Of a stretch of 64,000 nucleotides of DNA, positions 37,237-48,172 are shown piece by piece; the first letter of the stretch is position 1, and each line of letters opens with the position of its first letter. The DNA is from a virus: positions 1 to 64,000 of the IMG/VR virus record IMGVR_UViG_3300042731_011319; one strand, written 5' to 3'. Under the pieces are notes generated by a model. It was not told where the DNA came from, ran no database searches, and saw only the letters and a program-made list of their open reading frames with translations. The translations under genes were made by a program, and so were the position numbers.

Positions 37237-37238
37237 AA

Positions 37239-40028
37239 TTAATCCTCTTTAACTATATATTTCGCTGGATTGTTTACATCAGCATTAGCTGCGCGGGAAA
37301 GTGAGTCGAGATTAAATACATGATCTCCATTATTATTAACTACACCGTTAGAATCGCAAACACAAAATCTATTGTCGTGATTGAATGAAAAGTCTAACTG
37401 AGTGCCTGGACTCAACTCTAAAAAACTATAAATTGTACCTCCACTTGGTCCTGACCCGCCCTCGCTAACATTTTCAAAATTAACATTATTAGGATTCGAA
37501 ACTGTTGTGCCAATGTACGCTAAACCTCCTGCCAAACCGTTGGGAGATGCAGAAATTTCACGTTCACTAAAACCAGCAAGAGTATAGTTTGGGTTTGTAC
37601 CTATAGTAGTGGTCGTAATATTCGCTAAATTAGAGGCTGAAACAACCCAAGAAAATTCACCTTTTTGATCGACATCTTTAACTGTTATAGTAAAATTATT
37701 AGAATTCAATCCTGTGCCGCTATTAGTTTGTGTCAGTAAAGAAGCGGGAGACTGCTGGGGATCGGTAGATAATGTAGGTGGCGAATTATAAACCTGATCA
37801 CTAACTAAATTAAAAGAATCGCTCAATCCTGAGTTAGAGCTAGCCAAGGTAGATGCAAGATTTTTGACTTCAAGGATAAGTGCTGAGTTGGCAATTTGTA
37901 CAATAGTAGATGCAGTAGCTTTTAGGCCATTACTATTTTTAGTGGCAATAATTTGAAAATTATTATTAGTTACATTATATCCTCCACTATTGTAGGTACA
38001 TGTTTTAGATGATTCAAATGTAGAGTTATTATCGATGGTGATTTGTTTTGTGCCTGATGTTGGGTCAGTATATGAGATAGAATCAAAATTAGATGCTACA
38101 TTGTTGACTGTAGCAACCTCTCCAGATTTAATTGCCCCCTGCCCTGCAGGATATGACACTGAACTAATAGTGAGACTTGGGCCTACATTATTAGTGCTTG
38201 CCGTATCGGAAGTTGCAGTATCACTGGTAGTACCATATTGATTTTGAGCCTGTAACTTAACAGAAAGATTGCCATTTCGCAGCCCAGTGACCTTCACTGG
38301 AATCGTATATCGATAAACATCTCCACTAACCAAGACTGAGTTATAATTAACAAAAGATGTTTGAGAGCCGTCAGATAATCCTTCTGAGAATACCTTAAGT
38401 TTAATCGATGTATTCAATTCGCCCTTTGTATCAATATCCGCTGTGACATTGACTGTGTCTCCACCTTTTAATTCAGTAGTCCCTATATTATGGCTAGATG
38501 CAGAACTAATGGCTGGTGTAATAATGGATGCATTACTTATAACAGGGCCATTGGCTATTTTAATTTTTACAAAATCTTGGTCTGTGGCTCCGTTGGCATC
38601 TCTAATAGCTTCAATTTTTAAGTTGTCTTCATTTGCAAAAATACCATCCGAATATGATACAGTTTTAGTAGCTTCAAAAGTAGAAGGATTACTAACAGTA
38701 AAAGAACTACTATTCACAGTCTGCGCAGAATAGGATATAGTATCGGTAGCCGTATTAAAATTAGATATAGAGTTAGAAAATGTTGTCGACTCGTCTTCTC
38801 GCAAGCCATCAGTACGACCATTATAGCTAGCAGGATCATTCGCAGAAATATTAGGATAGGTTTGGTCCAATAGAACAGATTCACTAAAATTGGAATCGGA
38901 AGATTGCTCAGCTCCAATAGAACCTAAATTATTTTTTGAGCGTATTTTAATTCCCTGATTGCCTGAACGATTAGAAACAGTAATAGAAATTGTAGCTCTT
39001 TTAGTGTTAGCATCAAGGTCTACGAAATTATAGTTGGTGAAATCAATACCGCTAGAAATACCATAATCCAAGACTTCAATTTGCTCAGGAGTTGTTAGGG
39101 GGTTGGCGAATAAACTGGCAGGGTAATCAATGAATACATTGATCTTGTCGCCAGACTTTAATGCGCTTGATCCAAGCATTTCTCCAGTTTTTGGGGTAGC
39201 ATTACTGATGGCATCAATAGTAATATTATTAGCTGTAGGCCCGGATCCAATAACTACTAAGCTGATTGTAGACTCAATGCCATTAACGGAGCCAGTAAGT
39301 TCAGATAACCCTTCTGCATTAAGATTATCGAGATAACCTTCAAAGCGTCTAGTTCCAGAGCTTATTTCAGTAATGTTTTCTTGAGGTATAACTGTTCCAT
39401 TAATCGATGCAGTACCCATATATTCATTAAGTGGGCCATCCCACCTGAGTGTGACTTTTAAATTATTAGCTGACTCAACGGAAACACCAGATAGGTATGT
39501 TTCGGGAGTAGGAGTATTATAATAAGTTGCAATACTTGCGCCTTCATTATTCAGAACATCATGAAAAAACACAAAAGAAGTATCTGGGCCTTCTGGTGTG
39601 GGTATTGTATCTATTTCGTTTTGAAGGTAGCCGCTTAAGCTCGAAATCGGCCCGTCAATATCTGGTGTGGGTATTGTATCTATTTCGTTTTGAAGGTAGC
39701 CGCTTAAGCTCGAAATCGGCCCGTCAATATCTGGTGTGGGTATTGTATCTATTTCGTTTTGAAGGTAGCCGCTTAAGCTAGAAATAGGACCACTAATGTC
39801 TGGAGCAGGAAGGTTATTGATAGATGTATCTACATAATCACGAAGGGCCTGAAACTCCCCTGATACATTTGGTGCGATACCCTCAGACTCTATTCTGCTT
39901 TTAAGAGTGCTAGATAAATCAGCAAATGTAACCCTATAATTAGTCTCAACAGTAGCAACTAAAAAGTTAAAGTCATCCTGGGGAGCGACCTTATCGAGCT
40001 CTGTAATCTTTTTACCTGGAGCAGCCAT
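37239..40028 (-). CDS. Large putative virion (tail/baseplate) protein
   Basis: KKITEL N-terminus, 23-aa repeats, S/T/N-rich beta domains. Confidence 0.65.
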   Translation of the reverse strand: MAAPGKKITELDKVAPQDDFNFLVATVETNYRVTFADLSSTLKSRIESEGIAPNVSGEFQALRDYVDTSINNLPAPDISGPISSLSGYLQNEIDTIPTPDIDGPISSLSGYLQNEIDTIPTPDIDGPISSLSGYLQNEIDTIPTPEGPDTSFVFFHDVLNNEGASIATYYNTPTPETYLSGVSVESANNLKVTLRWDGPLNEYMGTASINGTVIPQENITEISSGTRRFEGYLDNLNAEGLSELTGSVNGIESTISLVVIGSGPTANNITIDAISNATPKTGEMLGSSALKSGDKINVFIDYPASLFANPLTTPEQIEVLDYGISSGIDFTNYNFVDLDANTKRATISITVSNRSGNQGIKIRSKNNLGSIGAEQSSDSNFSESVLLDQTYPNISANDPASYNGRTDGLREDESTTFSNSISNFNTATDTISYSAQTVNSSSFTVSNPSTFEATKTVSYSDGIFANEDNLKIEAIRDANGATDQDFVKIKIANGPVISNASIITPAISSASSHNIGTTELKGGDTVNVTADIDTKGELNTSIKLKVFSEGLSDGSQTSFVNYNSVLVSGDVYRYTIPVKVTGLRNGNLSVKLQAQNQYGTTSDTATSDTASTNNVGPSLTISSVSYPAGQGAIKSGEVATVNNVASNFDSISYTDPTSGTKQITIDNNSTFESSKTCTYNSGGYNVTNNNFQIIATKNSNGLKATASTIVQIANSALILEVKNLASTLASSNSGLSDSFNLVSDQVYNSPPTLSTDPQQSPASLLTQTNSGTGLNSNNFTITVKDVDQKGEFSWVVSASNLANITTTTIGTNPNYTLAGFSEREISASPNGLAGGLAYIGTTVSNPNNVNFENVSEGGSGPSGGTIYSFLELSPGTQLDFSFNHDNRFCVCDSNGVVNNNGDHVFNLDSLSRAANADVNNPAKYIVKED
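39592..39800. repeat. 69-bp tandem repeat, ~3 copies
   Basis: Units start at 39592, 39661 and 39730; encode DIDGPISSLSGYLQNEIDTIPTP. Confidence 0.95.
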
Positions 40029-40034
40029 TGATTA

Positions 40035-42254
40035 TTAAGATTCTAAGCTGTCAATGCGCGATTTTAACTCTTGATTTTGATGTTGTAATTCTTTAATTGA
40101 CTCAATTAATACCGGAATTAATTTATGGTAGGCTACTGTCTTATAGCCGTTTGAATCAGATTCAACTGCCATAGGCAAAACAGCTTCCACATCTTGAGCG
40201 GTTATGCCAATATCATAAAATCCAGGCTGTCGACTATTTTCAGACCAATTAAAATAGACTCCGTCAATTGAGTTTAACAAGTCAAGAGGGTTAGACACTT
40301 TTTTAAAATTGTTTTTAAGACGAGCATCGGAAGAATAAAATTGAGCTTCTAGTAAACTACTCCATCCATCAAACTTCAAAAATCCGCCCTCCATATATAA
40401 ACCTCCGTATCCAGGTCCAGGATCAACTCCACCAGATAATGTAAGATTGACTGCATTATTAGCCAAGAAAGTGCCGCCTGTGCCAGGGGTCGGAATCGCA
40501 TTAACCCAAAGAGAACCTACAGGTCCATTTAAGGCTGCTGAAAAATCTGTTCGAGTAACTTCTGTGATAGAATTGGCTCGCATTGTCACAGTTAAAGTAG
40601 TAATCCCAGTGCCAGAATCCGTAACCTCAGTCACTTTAAAAGGTATAGCCGTTGAATTTTCTGACAAAGCCGGATCTACAGCAGAGTTAATTCTAATTTT
40701 ATTTGCATCAGCTCCAGGGTTACGACCTTGAATTGTTATACCTTCAAAAACAACATTGGCATACACTGGTTGAAGGCCAATTTTGACAGCGCCAGGAACG
40801 GTATCAGTTGCTAGAATTAGTTCTGACCAGCTACCATCTCCTTTAATATAGTAATCTTCTTCTCCTGATTTAGGCTGTGGCACAAGGCCTTCAATTCCAT
40901 TGTTAGTAGAAGTAGATCCAGTAAAGGGTGCGGATATAGCGATATCTTCCCAATATAAGTCACTTTTGCTTTCTCCTGTAGTAATATGAGAATATAATAA
41001 ATTATTCGTGTTGTCAGGTTTCTCGTAAACATCTTGCCCTGCAAATCGCGATGTCCTAATAATGTCAGGTAGTCGAACACCTTCTCCGAATACACCTACC
41101 TTATCAACATAGAAATTAGTATTCATGCGCCAAGTATCACATTCTTTGAGCCATTGAATATATCTATGAACTCCACCTGCACCTGCGCCCCCATCAAGTA
41201 ATTCCATTTGGTACTCTGATATTAATGAGGATGCACTGTTATTTGCGGCAGCTTTAATAAGATGACCCGCTTCACTGCAATTAATTAATTCAGCAAGATC
41301 TGCTTGAGTTCTTTCAGTAATCTCCCCTGCTGCTGAGCATGCAAGAAACAGCTCGATCATAATCAATGGATTAGCAGTCTTATCAATGATAGCATAATCA
41401 TCAATCCCAGGATCTCCTTCGATGCCGAGAATTGTTATTGAAATAAGATTGCCATTTTCTCCAGCTTCTTGAGCGGTGATAGTTACTCCATCAAGAACAA
41501 TGGATGCATGAGTCGTGTTGTCATGGGTTTTTAATGTGATTCCGCCAAAATTAGCGCTATCTTGATTGGTGCCTCCTGCAGATGATTTATTGCCCAATTC
41601 AATATTACTGTCTTCTACAACCAGTTTTTCTGTCTCAAGAATAGCATCGTCACCTAAAATAGTTAAATTACCACTGATGGTTGTATCTCCGGCCACATAA
41701 AGATCATCACGCATATGGCTATCTCCGCTAACAACAAAAGTTTGTCCAATATAAGCATGATCAGATACATGCAAGTCGCTTTGAAGAAAAGAATCCCCAG
41801 TGACAGAAAGATTATCTGTAATAAAAACATCAGAATTTAAAAAAGTATCACCAATGACTGTTGAATCTCCTTCTACTTTTAGTGATTGCTCTAGAAGACT
41901 ATGACCGGTGACAATTAAATTTTCTCCAACAAATGCATCTCCAGTTAAATAAAAATTATGATCACCATTAACATCACCAGCTACATAAATAGAACGACGT
42001 AAAGTTACATCACGCACGTCTTCATCATCTACAGCTCCAAGATGAATCTTCTGTGTATCAGTAAAAAAAATAGGTGATCCGCCTCCAAGGGCAAGATTAA
42101 CATCATTGACTAAGCCAGTAAAAGGAATACGATAATTTGTTGCATCTCTATTTTCTGCCGCTAAACCGCTTGCGACTACATAGTAAATGTCAGCATTTTG
42201 ATAGACTTGATCGTGTGGAAATTCTGGTAATTGTGATATTTTTCTATCTGCCAT
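40035..42254 (-). CDS. Tail fibre/spike with C-terminal peptidase S74 intramolecular chaperone
   Basis: MADRKISQL; L.V.GD beta-helix repeats; SDARLKNN...G.TAQDVEAVLP...VAY.KLIPVLIESIKEL. Confidence 0.85.
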   Translation of the reverse strand: MADRKISQLPEFPHDQVYQNADIYYVVASGLAAENRDATNYRIPFTGLVNDVNLALGGGSPIFFTDTQKIHLGAVDDEDVRDVTLRRSIYVAGDVNGDHNFYLTGDAFVGENLIVTGHSLLEQSLKVEGDSTVIGDTFLNSDVFITDNLSVTGDSFLQSDLHVSDHAYIGQTFVVSGDSHMRDDLYVAGDTTISGNLTILGDDAILETEKLVVEDSNIELGNKSSAGGTNQDSANFGGITLKTHDNTTHASIVLDGVTITAQEAGENGNLISITILGIEGDPGIDDYAIIDKTANPLIMIELFLACSAAGEITERTQADLAELINCSEAGHLIKAAANNSASSLISEYQMELLDGGAGAGGVHRYIQWLKECDTWRMNTNFYVDKVGVFGEGVRLPDIIRTSRFAGQDVYEKPDNTNNLLYSHITTGESKSDLYWEDIAISAPFTGSTSTNNGIEGLVPQPKSGEEDYYIKGDGSWSELILATDTVPGAVKIGLQPVYANVVFEGITIQGRNPGADANKIRINSAVDPALSENSTAIPFKVTEVTDSGTGITTLTVTMRANSITEVTRTDFSAALNGPVGSLWVNAIPTPGTGGTFLANNAVNLTLSGGVDPGPGYGGLYMEGGFLKFDGWSSLLEAQFYSSDARLKNNFKKVSNPLDLLNSIDGVYFNWSENSRQPGFYDIGITAQDVEAVLPMAVESDSNGYKTVAYHKLIPVLIESIKELQHQNQELKSRIDSLES

Positions 42255-42265
42255 AATATATTATA

Positions 42266-42270
42266 TACAC
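42266..42270 (-). promoter_or_regulatory. GTGTA element heading the tail operon
   Basis: GTGTA-N11-ATG. Confidence 0.6.
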
Positions 42271-42299
42271 ATACAACAGATTAAATATATAATTTTATA

Positions 42300-44702
42300 T
42301 CACATTATTTTATATGAAATGTTATCATCTGATAGTTCAAAATTTAAAGTAACTTTTGAAGTGAGTTGAGTCTCATAGTAAAAATCAACAACCTGGTCTT
42401 CTATATATTGTTTTATTAGCCTTTTAAGTGGCCTTGCCCCCATCTTTTCTTTACTGGCAAGAGTGCATATATAACTACAGACAGCATTAGAATAATTAAC
42501 TCTAATTTTTTTGATTTTAAGTTTATCGTTGATTTGTTTAACCTCATGATTGAAAATAGCTACCAGAGAATCGTGTTCAAGGTGGTTAAAGACTATCACA
42601 TCATCTAATCTATTAATTAATTCTGGGCTAAGTATTTTTTTTGCAGAATCGATAATCTTAGATTTATTGTCGATGGTGTCGGGAGAAAAGCCAAGGGTAG
42701 ATTTAGTAGTTAATTCAGCCCCTATGTTGCTAGTTAATATAATTATAGAATCTTTAAAATAAAAAATAGATCCATTATTATCTTGCACCTCGCCCTCCTC
42801 CATGATTTGAAGCAATAATTGCTGAACACTCGAGTGCGACTTTTCAATTTCATCAAACAGAACAACAGAGTGAGGATTAAGCTTGATTTTTTCAGTTAAT
42901 AACCCGCCCTCTTCATAGCCAACATATCCAGGAGAGGCTCCAACTAATTTACTCACTGAAATTTTGTCAGAATATTCTGACATATCAAATCGGATGACTT
43001 TATTAGATGAACCAAAATAATGAAGAGCTAACATTTTAGCAGTCCAGGTCTTGCCCACACCGGATGACCCTAAGAAAAGAAATGAACCAATAGGTTTATT
43101 GTTATCCTTTAAACCTAATTGAGAGCGCATGATGGATTTAGCAATCGCGGATGTAGCCTCTTCCTGGTCGATCACATCTTTAGTTAATAAGCCAGACAAT
43201 TTAAATGCTTTTTCGTTTTTATCGCCAATTAAATGAGAGACTGGGATTTTAGATTTACGAGAAACAATATGATACACATCTGATTCTTCAATCCTTCGTT
43301 TTGGTGATTTTTTCCATTCGTCAGATAAAGTTTCATACTTCTTAAGTAATAAATTTTCTTCATCAGACTCGCAAGAGTTTGCATGAAAGCAATCATACAA
43401 ATCATTTTCAAGTTCGCGTAACTCTTCAGGGGCGGTAGAGTTATGAATTTTAATCATAGCTCCAACTTCATCAAGTATGTCAATCGCTTTGTCTGGAAAC
43501 TTTTGACTGGGTAGGTAAATATCTGCTAAATCAATTATTTTACGCAAGATTTTTTGAGAGTACTTTGTGTCATGAAATTTTTCGTAGCGACTCTTGACCC
43601 CTTTGAGTATTTCAAAGCATTCTTGAGTGCTAGGCTCTTCAACTGTAACTGGCTCAAACCTTCTGGTTAATGCAGGATCTTTTTCGAAATTCTTTTTGTA
43701 TTCAGAAAAGGTGGTCGCTGCAATTAATTTAATTTTACCGCGAGCCAATGCTGGTTTTAATATATTAGCAGCATCCATAGCTCCCTCGGCACTTCCTGCG
43801 CCAACAAGGGTATGGGCTTCGTCAATAAATAAAATAACATTTGGTTTTTCGCTGCACTCTTTAATTAACGATTTAATACGTTGCTCAAATTGCCCCCTGT
43901 ATTTTGTGCCAGCAATCATAGATGCGAGATCAATTGCATAAATTTCTTTATCAATTAAAAAATCAGGTACATCTGACTTAAGAATTTTTTGAGCTAATCC
44001 CTCAACTATAGCTGTTTTACCCACTCCAGGGTCACCTAATAAAATAGGGTTGCTTTTGTTTTTTCGGGCTAAGATTTCGCAAATTCTTGAGATTTCGAAT
44101 TCTTTGCCAATGATGGGGTCGATTTTTTTATTACGACACTCAAGGTTCAGGTTTACCCCAAAAGATTCAAGCGCACTATCTTGAGTTTTAGCATGAGCTG
44201 TAGAATGATTAGAGTCAAAAGGGGTTAAGGTTGTGTCATTTTTCTCAAAAAAAGCCCGGGTTTTCATTTGAATTAAAAATGATTCAATAGCAGATCTAGC
44301 GGGAATTTTATGACTATTAAAATAATGATAGATGGCACCATCTTTATGATTAATGCAGCAAAAAAACATATGATCTATATCAATATAATCATCTTTTAAT
44401 TGATTAGCTAAATCATATGTACTTTGCAAAAAGTCAGTAAGCTCTTTAGAGTAATCAGCAGACTTATAAGAAGGTTCTTCCTGGTTTTGAATATCATAAA
44501 AGAAAGTAATAAATTTAATTAAACTATCAATAGAGATATCTAAGGAGCTTAAAAAACTATTAATGGAGGGGTTATTATATTTTAATAAAATAATTAAAAC
44601 ATGAAATGTCTCTACTTCAGAATAATGTAAAGACTCGGCAAATTGCTTTGCCTGTTTAATAATTTTTTGAACTTGAGGAGTAAAGTTTGCAGGTAATTCC
44701 AT
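42300..44702 (-). CDS. clpC: ClpA/ClpC-family AAA+ unfoldase
   Basis: Clp-N repeats, GDPGVGKT, GTKYRGQFE, FIDEAH, GSSGVGKT, GYVGY, LFDEIEK, ClpP-binding LGF loop, GARPL. Confidence 0.9.
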   Translation of the reverse strand: MELPANFTPQVQKIIKQAKQFAESLHYSEVETFHVLIILLKYNNPSINSFLSSLDISIDSLIKFITFFYDIQNQEEPSYKSADYSKELTDFLQSTYDLANQLKDDYIDIDHMFFCCINHKDGAIYHYFNSHKIPARSAIESFLIQMKTRAFFEKNDTTLTPFDSNHSTAHAKTQDSALESFGVNLNLECRNKKIDPIIGKEFEISRICEILARKNKSNPILLGDPGVGKTAIVEGLAQKILKSDVPDFLIDKEIYAIDLASMIAGTKYRGQFEQRIKSLIKECSEKPNVILFIDEAHTLVGAGSAEGAMDAANILKPALARGKIKLIAATTFSEYKKNFEKDPALTRRFEPVTVEEPSTQECFEILKGVKSRYEKFHDTKYSQKILRKIIDLADIYLPSQKFPDKAIDILDEVGAMIKIHNSTAPEELRELENDLYDCFHANSCESDEENLLLKKYETLSDEWKKSPKRRIEESDVYHIVSRKSKIPVSHLIGDKNEKAFKLSGLLTKDVIDQEEATSAIAKSIMRSQLGLKDNNKPIGSFLFLGSSGVGKTWTAKMLALHYFGSSNKVIRFDMSEYSDKISVSKLVGASPGYVGYEEGGLLTEKIKLNPHSVVLFDEIEKSHSSVQQLLLQIMEEGEVQDNNGSIFYFKDSIIILTSNIGAELTTKSTLGFSPDTIDNKSKIIDSAKKILSPELINRLDDVIVFNHLEHDSLVAIFNHEVKQINDKLKIKKIRVNYSNAVCSYICTLASKEKMGARPLKRLIKQYIEDQVVDFYYETQLTSKVTLNFELSDDNISYKIM

Positions 44703-44730
44703 ATGTAAGTATGAATATATTGATATACAC

Positions 44731-47310
44731 TTAAGATTTAATATCTTTTAGGTTCATGTAGATCATTTCATCAATTACTTTCATATTGTTTACAAAAATA
44801 GCATCTCCATCTCTAGTTTTTTCTCCGTTGATGGTAATTATACTGCCCTCTTTAGGCACAGGGTTGTTTTTTAAATAATTAGTGCACTTTTTTTCTCTGG
44901 CAGTATCGCAGAGTATGGCATCTACTGTGCCGAATTCATCTTCTAGCTCTAGCTTAATATAAATATTGCCATTCCTGGACTTATCTTTCTTGCAGAAGGC
45001 TATATTGAAAATGTATTTAGCAGTAGAACGTGGCTCAAGGGAGTGAAAGTGAATTGAGTTTTGAGGAGGGTGATCTTGGTTGTGAAAAACTTTGCATAAC
45101 TCAGATGAATAACTAAAGCCTAAAAGCTGCTTTTCGAAATACCAATTAGCAAATTTCTGGCTCTTGTTGTTTTTATAATAAATTTTCTTATATGGATCAT
45201 ACTTCTTTTTTAATGTTTGATATCTTGACTCTTTAATCAAAGGTTTATTATCATCTCCAATCATTTTGAATTCAGAATCTGTAACATCTTTAAATATAGT
45301 AAACAAATCTTTGTTGTCGTTTTCTGAGATAGCCATAAAGTTTCGTTTTTCGCGTTCTGTTAGAATGTTAAACAATTGAGCTTCTAAAACCAGCTTCGAG
45401 CGATCTTCATTGGGGTCATCACTTAGTGCTCCTGCTTGTATTAAGGCACTTAATACTCCAATATTTAAGCCCGCTTGTTTTGCGGCAAGAAATAATTCAA
45501 ACTTAGTGGTGCTTTTTTCATCTCTAAATTTACGAAGGGCATCAAGTGATTTTTCGCTAATTCCTTTTATGCTGCTAAGACCATAGCGGATATTGTCACC
45601 CTCAAGAGAGAAATCCATTTTAGATTTCAATAAACTAGGGGGCAATAATTTAATACCAAAAAAGGGTAACTCTTGACTGATCTTAGCAACTTCTGCTTGA
45701 GGAGCTGGTTCAAATTGAGTCATTTTTAATAAAGAAAGAAAAAATTGCTGAGGATGATTGAATTTAAGGTATGTGGTCCATGCAGATAATGTAGAGTAAG
45801 CAATAGAGTGAGACTTATTGAACGAATAATTAGCACTATCTTCAGCAACCCGCCATAAAATATCAGCAGATTCAATGGGCAAGTTATTCTCGATGACTTG
45901 CTTTTCTATTTTAGCTTTCCAAGCCGGCATTTGATCTACTTTTTTCTTTCCGACAATTCTTCTTAATTGTTCGGCTTCATCTAAAGTAAAGCCAACCTGA
46001 ACTGCCATCTTCATTAATTGCTCTTGATACAAGGGGATTCCTCCTGTGTACGAAAGAACATCATCATATAATTCGTGCTGACTTTGAAATTCACCAGTCC
46101 TAACATAATCCGCATATTGGTCAGCGAAATCTAATGCTCCTGGCCTGGCAATAGCTACTACCGCACTAAGTTGCTCTAAATTTTGAGGTTTAATTTTTTT
46201 GCAAACACTAAAATTTGTATGAGCTTCAATCTGGAATAAACCATGTGCGTGATCAAGTTCTTGAAAGGGTAGGTAAGTTTTTTCGTCGTCAAGAGGTATA
46301 GACATGGGGTCAAAGTTCAAAGCTTTACATGCATCATGTATGACACTTAAGGTTCTTAAACCTAATATGTCAAACTTGACCATTAGTTCGGCTACCCAAT
46401 TCATGTCATATGCAGTTACTAAAGCACCTTCATTAGTAGCTTGGAGCGGACAAATAGAGGAAATTTTATCGTGAGATATTGCTATGCCAGAAGGATGGAC
46501 ACCGCTATTCTTATTTAGGCCTTCAATTTTTTGAGCTATATCAAAAGACTCTTTATTAGATTCCGCCCAATCCTTGAATTTATCACTGTCTTCAATTGCA
46601 TCATTAAGACTCGCGACCTTACCAAAATTCTTGGGGATAAGTGCTGTAATAGCATTGATGTCAGTTTCGCTATAACCTCCAACAATTTTACCGCACTCGC
46701 GGATACATAACTTACTACTTAATGTATTTAAAGTTAATATCTTGGCAGTTCTTCCGGGGTATTTATCTTCAATGTAATTGATGACTTTGTAACGATGTTC
46801 GTAAGAAATATCATTATCAACATCAGCTAAAAGACTTCCATCCAAATATGTAATCCCATCTTTTTCTGTTTTTTTAGCCCTGCTCTTACTTACAAACCTC
46901 TCAAAAAATAAATCATATTTGATGGGGTCAATCTTCGTCACATCAATCAAGTATAACACTAATGAGCCAGCTGCACTCCCTCGACCTGGCCCAGTAGGAA
47001 TATTGTTTTGATGGCAGAAGTTTAATATGTCCCAGTTTAATAAAATATAATCAATAAAACCAAGCTCTTTTAATATACTAAGCTCTTCTTTAGCTCTATC
47101 ATAGTATTCCTGTTTATTGCTTTGTTGGTCAATTCCTTTGTCTTTAACCCCTTTCAAGCAAAGTTCTCGCAGAAAGTCATAATTAGAAATGTCGGGAGAC
47201 TTGCCTATAGACTTGTATTGCTCTGGGCTAATTTCAATTTTTGGTAACTGAACACCGGGAGGTATACAATCTTCATAAGCAACAAATTCATCTGTAAAGT
47301 TGGCTGTCAT
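44731..47310 (-). CDS. dnaE: DNA polymerase III alpha catalytic core (PHP domain absent)
   Basis: GRGSAAGS, FERF, DVDND, HPSG, KFDILGL, YQEQ, YSFNKSH, HhH and OB domains. Confidence 0.95.
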   Translation of the reverse strand: MTANFTDEFVAYEDCIPPGVQLPKIEISPEQYKSIGKSPDISNYDFLRELCLKGVKDKGIDQQSNKQEYYDRAKEELSILKELGFIDYILLNWDILNFCHQNNIPTGPGRGSAAGSLVLYLIDVTKIDPIKYDLFFERFVSKSRAKKTEKDGITYLDGSLLADVDNDISYEHRYKVINYIEDKYPGRTAKILTLNTLSSKLCIRECGKIVGGYSETDINAITALIPKNFGKVASLNDAIEDSDKFKDWAESNKESFDIAQKIEGLNKNSGVHPSGIAISHDKISSICPLQATNEGALVTAYDMNWVAELMVKFDILGLRTLSVIHDACKALNFDPMSIPLDDEKTYLPFQELDHAHGLFQIEAHTNFSVCKKIKPQNLEQLSAVVAIARPGALDFADQYADYVRTGEFQSQHELYDDVLSYTGGIPLYQEQLMKMAVQVGFTLDEAEQLRRIVGKKKVDQMPAWKAKIEKQVIENNLPIESADILWRVAEDSANYSFNKSHSIAYSTLSAWTTYLKFNHPQQFFLSLLKMTQFEPAPQAEVAKISQELPFFGIKLLPPSLLKSKMDFSLEGDNIRYGLSSIKGISEKSLDALRKFRDEKSTTKFELFLAAKQAGLNIGVLSALIQAGALSDDPNEDRSKLVLEAQLFNILTEREKRNFMAISENDNKDLFTIFKDVTDSEFKMIGDDNKPLIKESRYQTLKKKYDPYKKIYYKNNKSQKFANWYFEKQLLGFSYSSELCKVFHNQDHPPQNSIHFHSLEPRSTAKYIFNIAFCKKDKSRNGNIYIKLELEDEFGTVDAILCDTAREKKCTNYLKNNPVPKEGSIITINGEKTRDGDAIFVNNMKVIDEMIYMNLKDIKS

Positions 47311-47534
47311 TAGTTCATGATGGAATCATTTCTGCATTCTTCTAAAGCCTTATGATGAATAGATAATGATTCTATTTGATTAGATATTTTATTATATTCA
47401 ATTGGATTGTTTTCCCAGTACTCAAGCGACTCAGAAAAAATTCTTGAGTATAAGTCTTCGGCTTCAAACAATAACCCCGATAGCTCTGATTGATACAAGT
47501 CAAGTTGCATGTTTATTTCGTCTTTTAATCTCAT
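47310..47534 (-). CDS. Hypothetical helical protein
   Basis: Overlaps both the exonuclease stop and the dnaE start. Confidence 0.55.
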   Translation of the reverse strand: MRLKDEINMQLDLYQSELSGLLFEAEDLYSRIFSESLEYWENNPIEYNKISNQIESLSIHHKALEECRNDSIMN

Positions 47535-48172
47535 ATTTTAATATTCCAAATCATTTTTTTAAATACTTCATAGTTTTTTTGTATGTCATAAAGTGCATCA
47601 TGTAACTTAGCAGGGTCGAATTCAACATCATAGGTTTTACAGCATGCTCCTAAGTTTAATCGCATTCCTCTTTCGTATATAGAGTTTAATTTAAACTGCC
47701 AAGATAATAGATCTAGCTCCTTGTCATACTCAATATTTTTATGAATAGCTTTAGCAATAGAGAGAGTATCAATAGATTGCTTTAAATAAGAATAATCAGT
47801 TGGTCTGCCTAAGAGCTTTCTGAAAATGTTGTGAATATAAATGTCAAAACCTAATATATTGTGCCCCAAATTAATATACTCATCATTATATAAATATTTT
47901 TCAAAATGATCAAGAACTTTTTCGGCGGGTTGAGCTAGTTTTTTATATTTAGCATCTTTAAACCCTGTCACCTTACGAGCACCATCTGACATGCGAAGGT
48001 CTTCCCAATAAATATGATAGTCATTTGACTCAATTAATTTTTCACCTTCATAAACTAAGAAAGCAAGTTGCCATGGCTTATTGTGCTCAGAAACTAAGTT
48101 TAAATTACATGTTTCAAAATCAAAAACAATATATTTTTGCTTCTTTTTAAATCGTAATAAGTCTTCAATCAT
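47531..48172 (-). CDS. DEDDh 3'-5' exonuclease (epsilon/DnaQ-like)
   Basis: DFET, GHN...FD, HDALYD. Confidence 0.9.
   Translation of the reverse strand: MIEDLLRFKKKQKYIVFDFETCNLNLVSEHNKPWQLAFLVYEGEKLIESNDYHIYWEDLRMSDGARKVTGFKDAKYKKLAQPAEKVLDHFEKYLYNDEYINLGHNILGFDIYIHNIFRKLLGRPTDYSYLKQSIDTLSIAKAIHKNIEYDKELDLLSWQFKLNSIYERGMRLNLGACCKTYDVEFDPAKLHDALYDIQKNYEVFKKMIWNIKI

Noticed and set aside
39592-39800. CRISPR array
   Set aside because: Contiguous 69-bp in-frame coding repeats with no unique spacers; the Cas4-like nuclease sits in the replication cluster without other cas genes.
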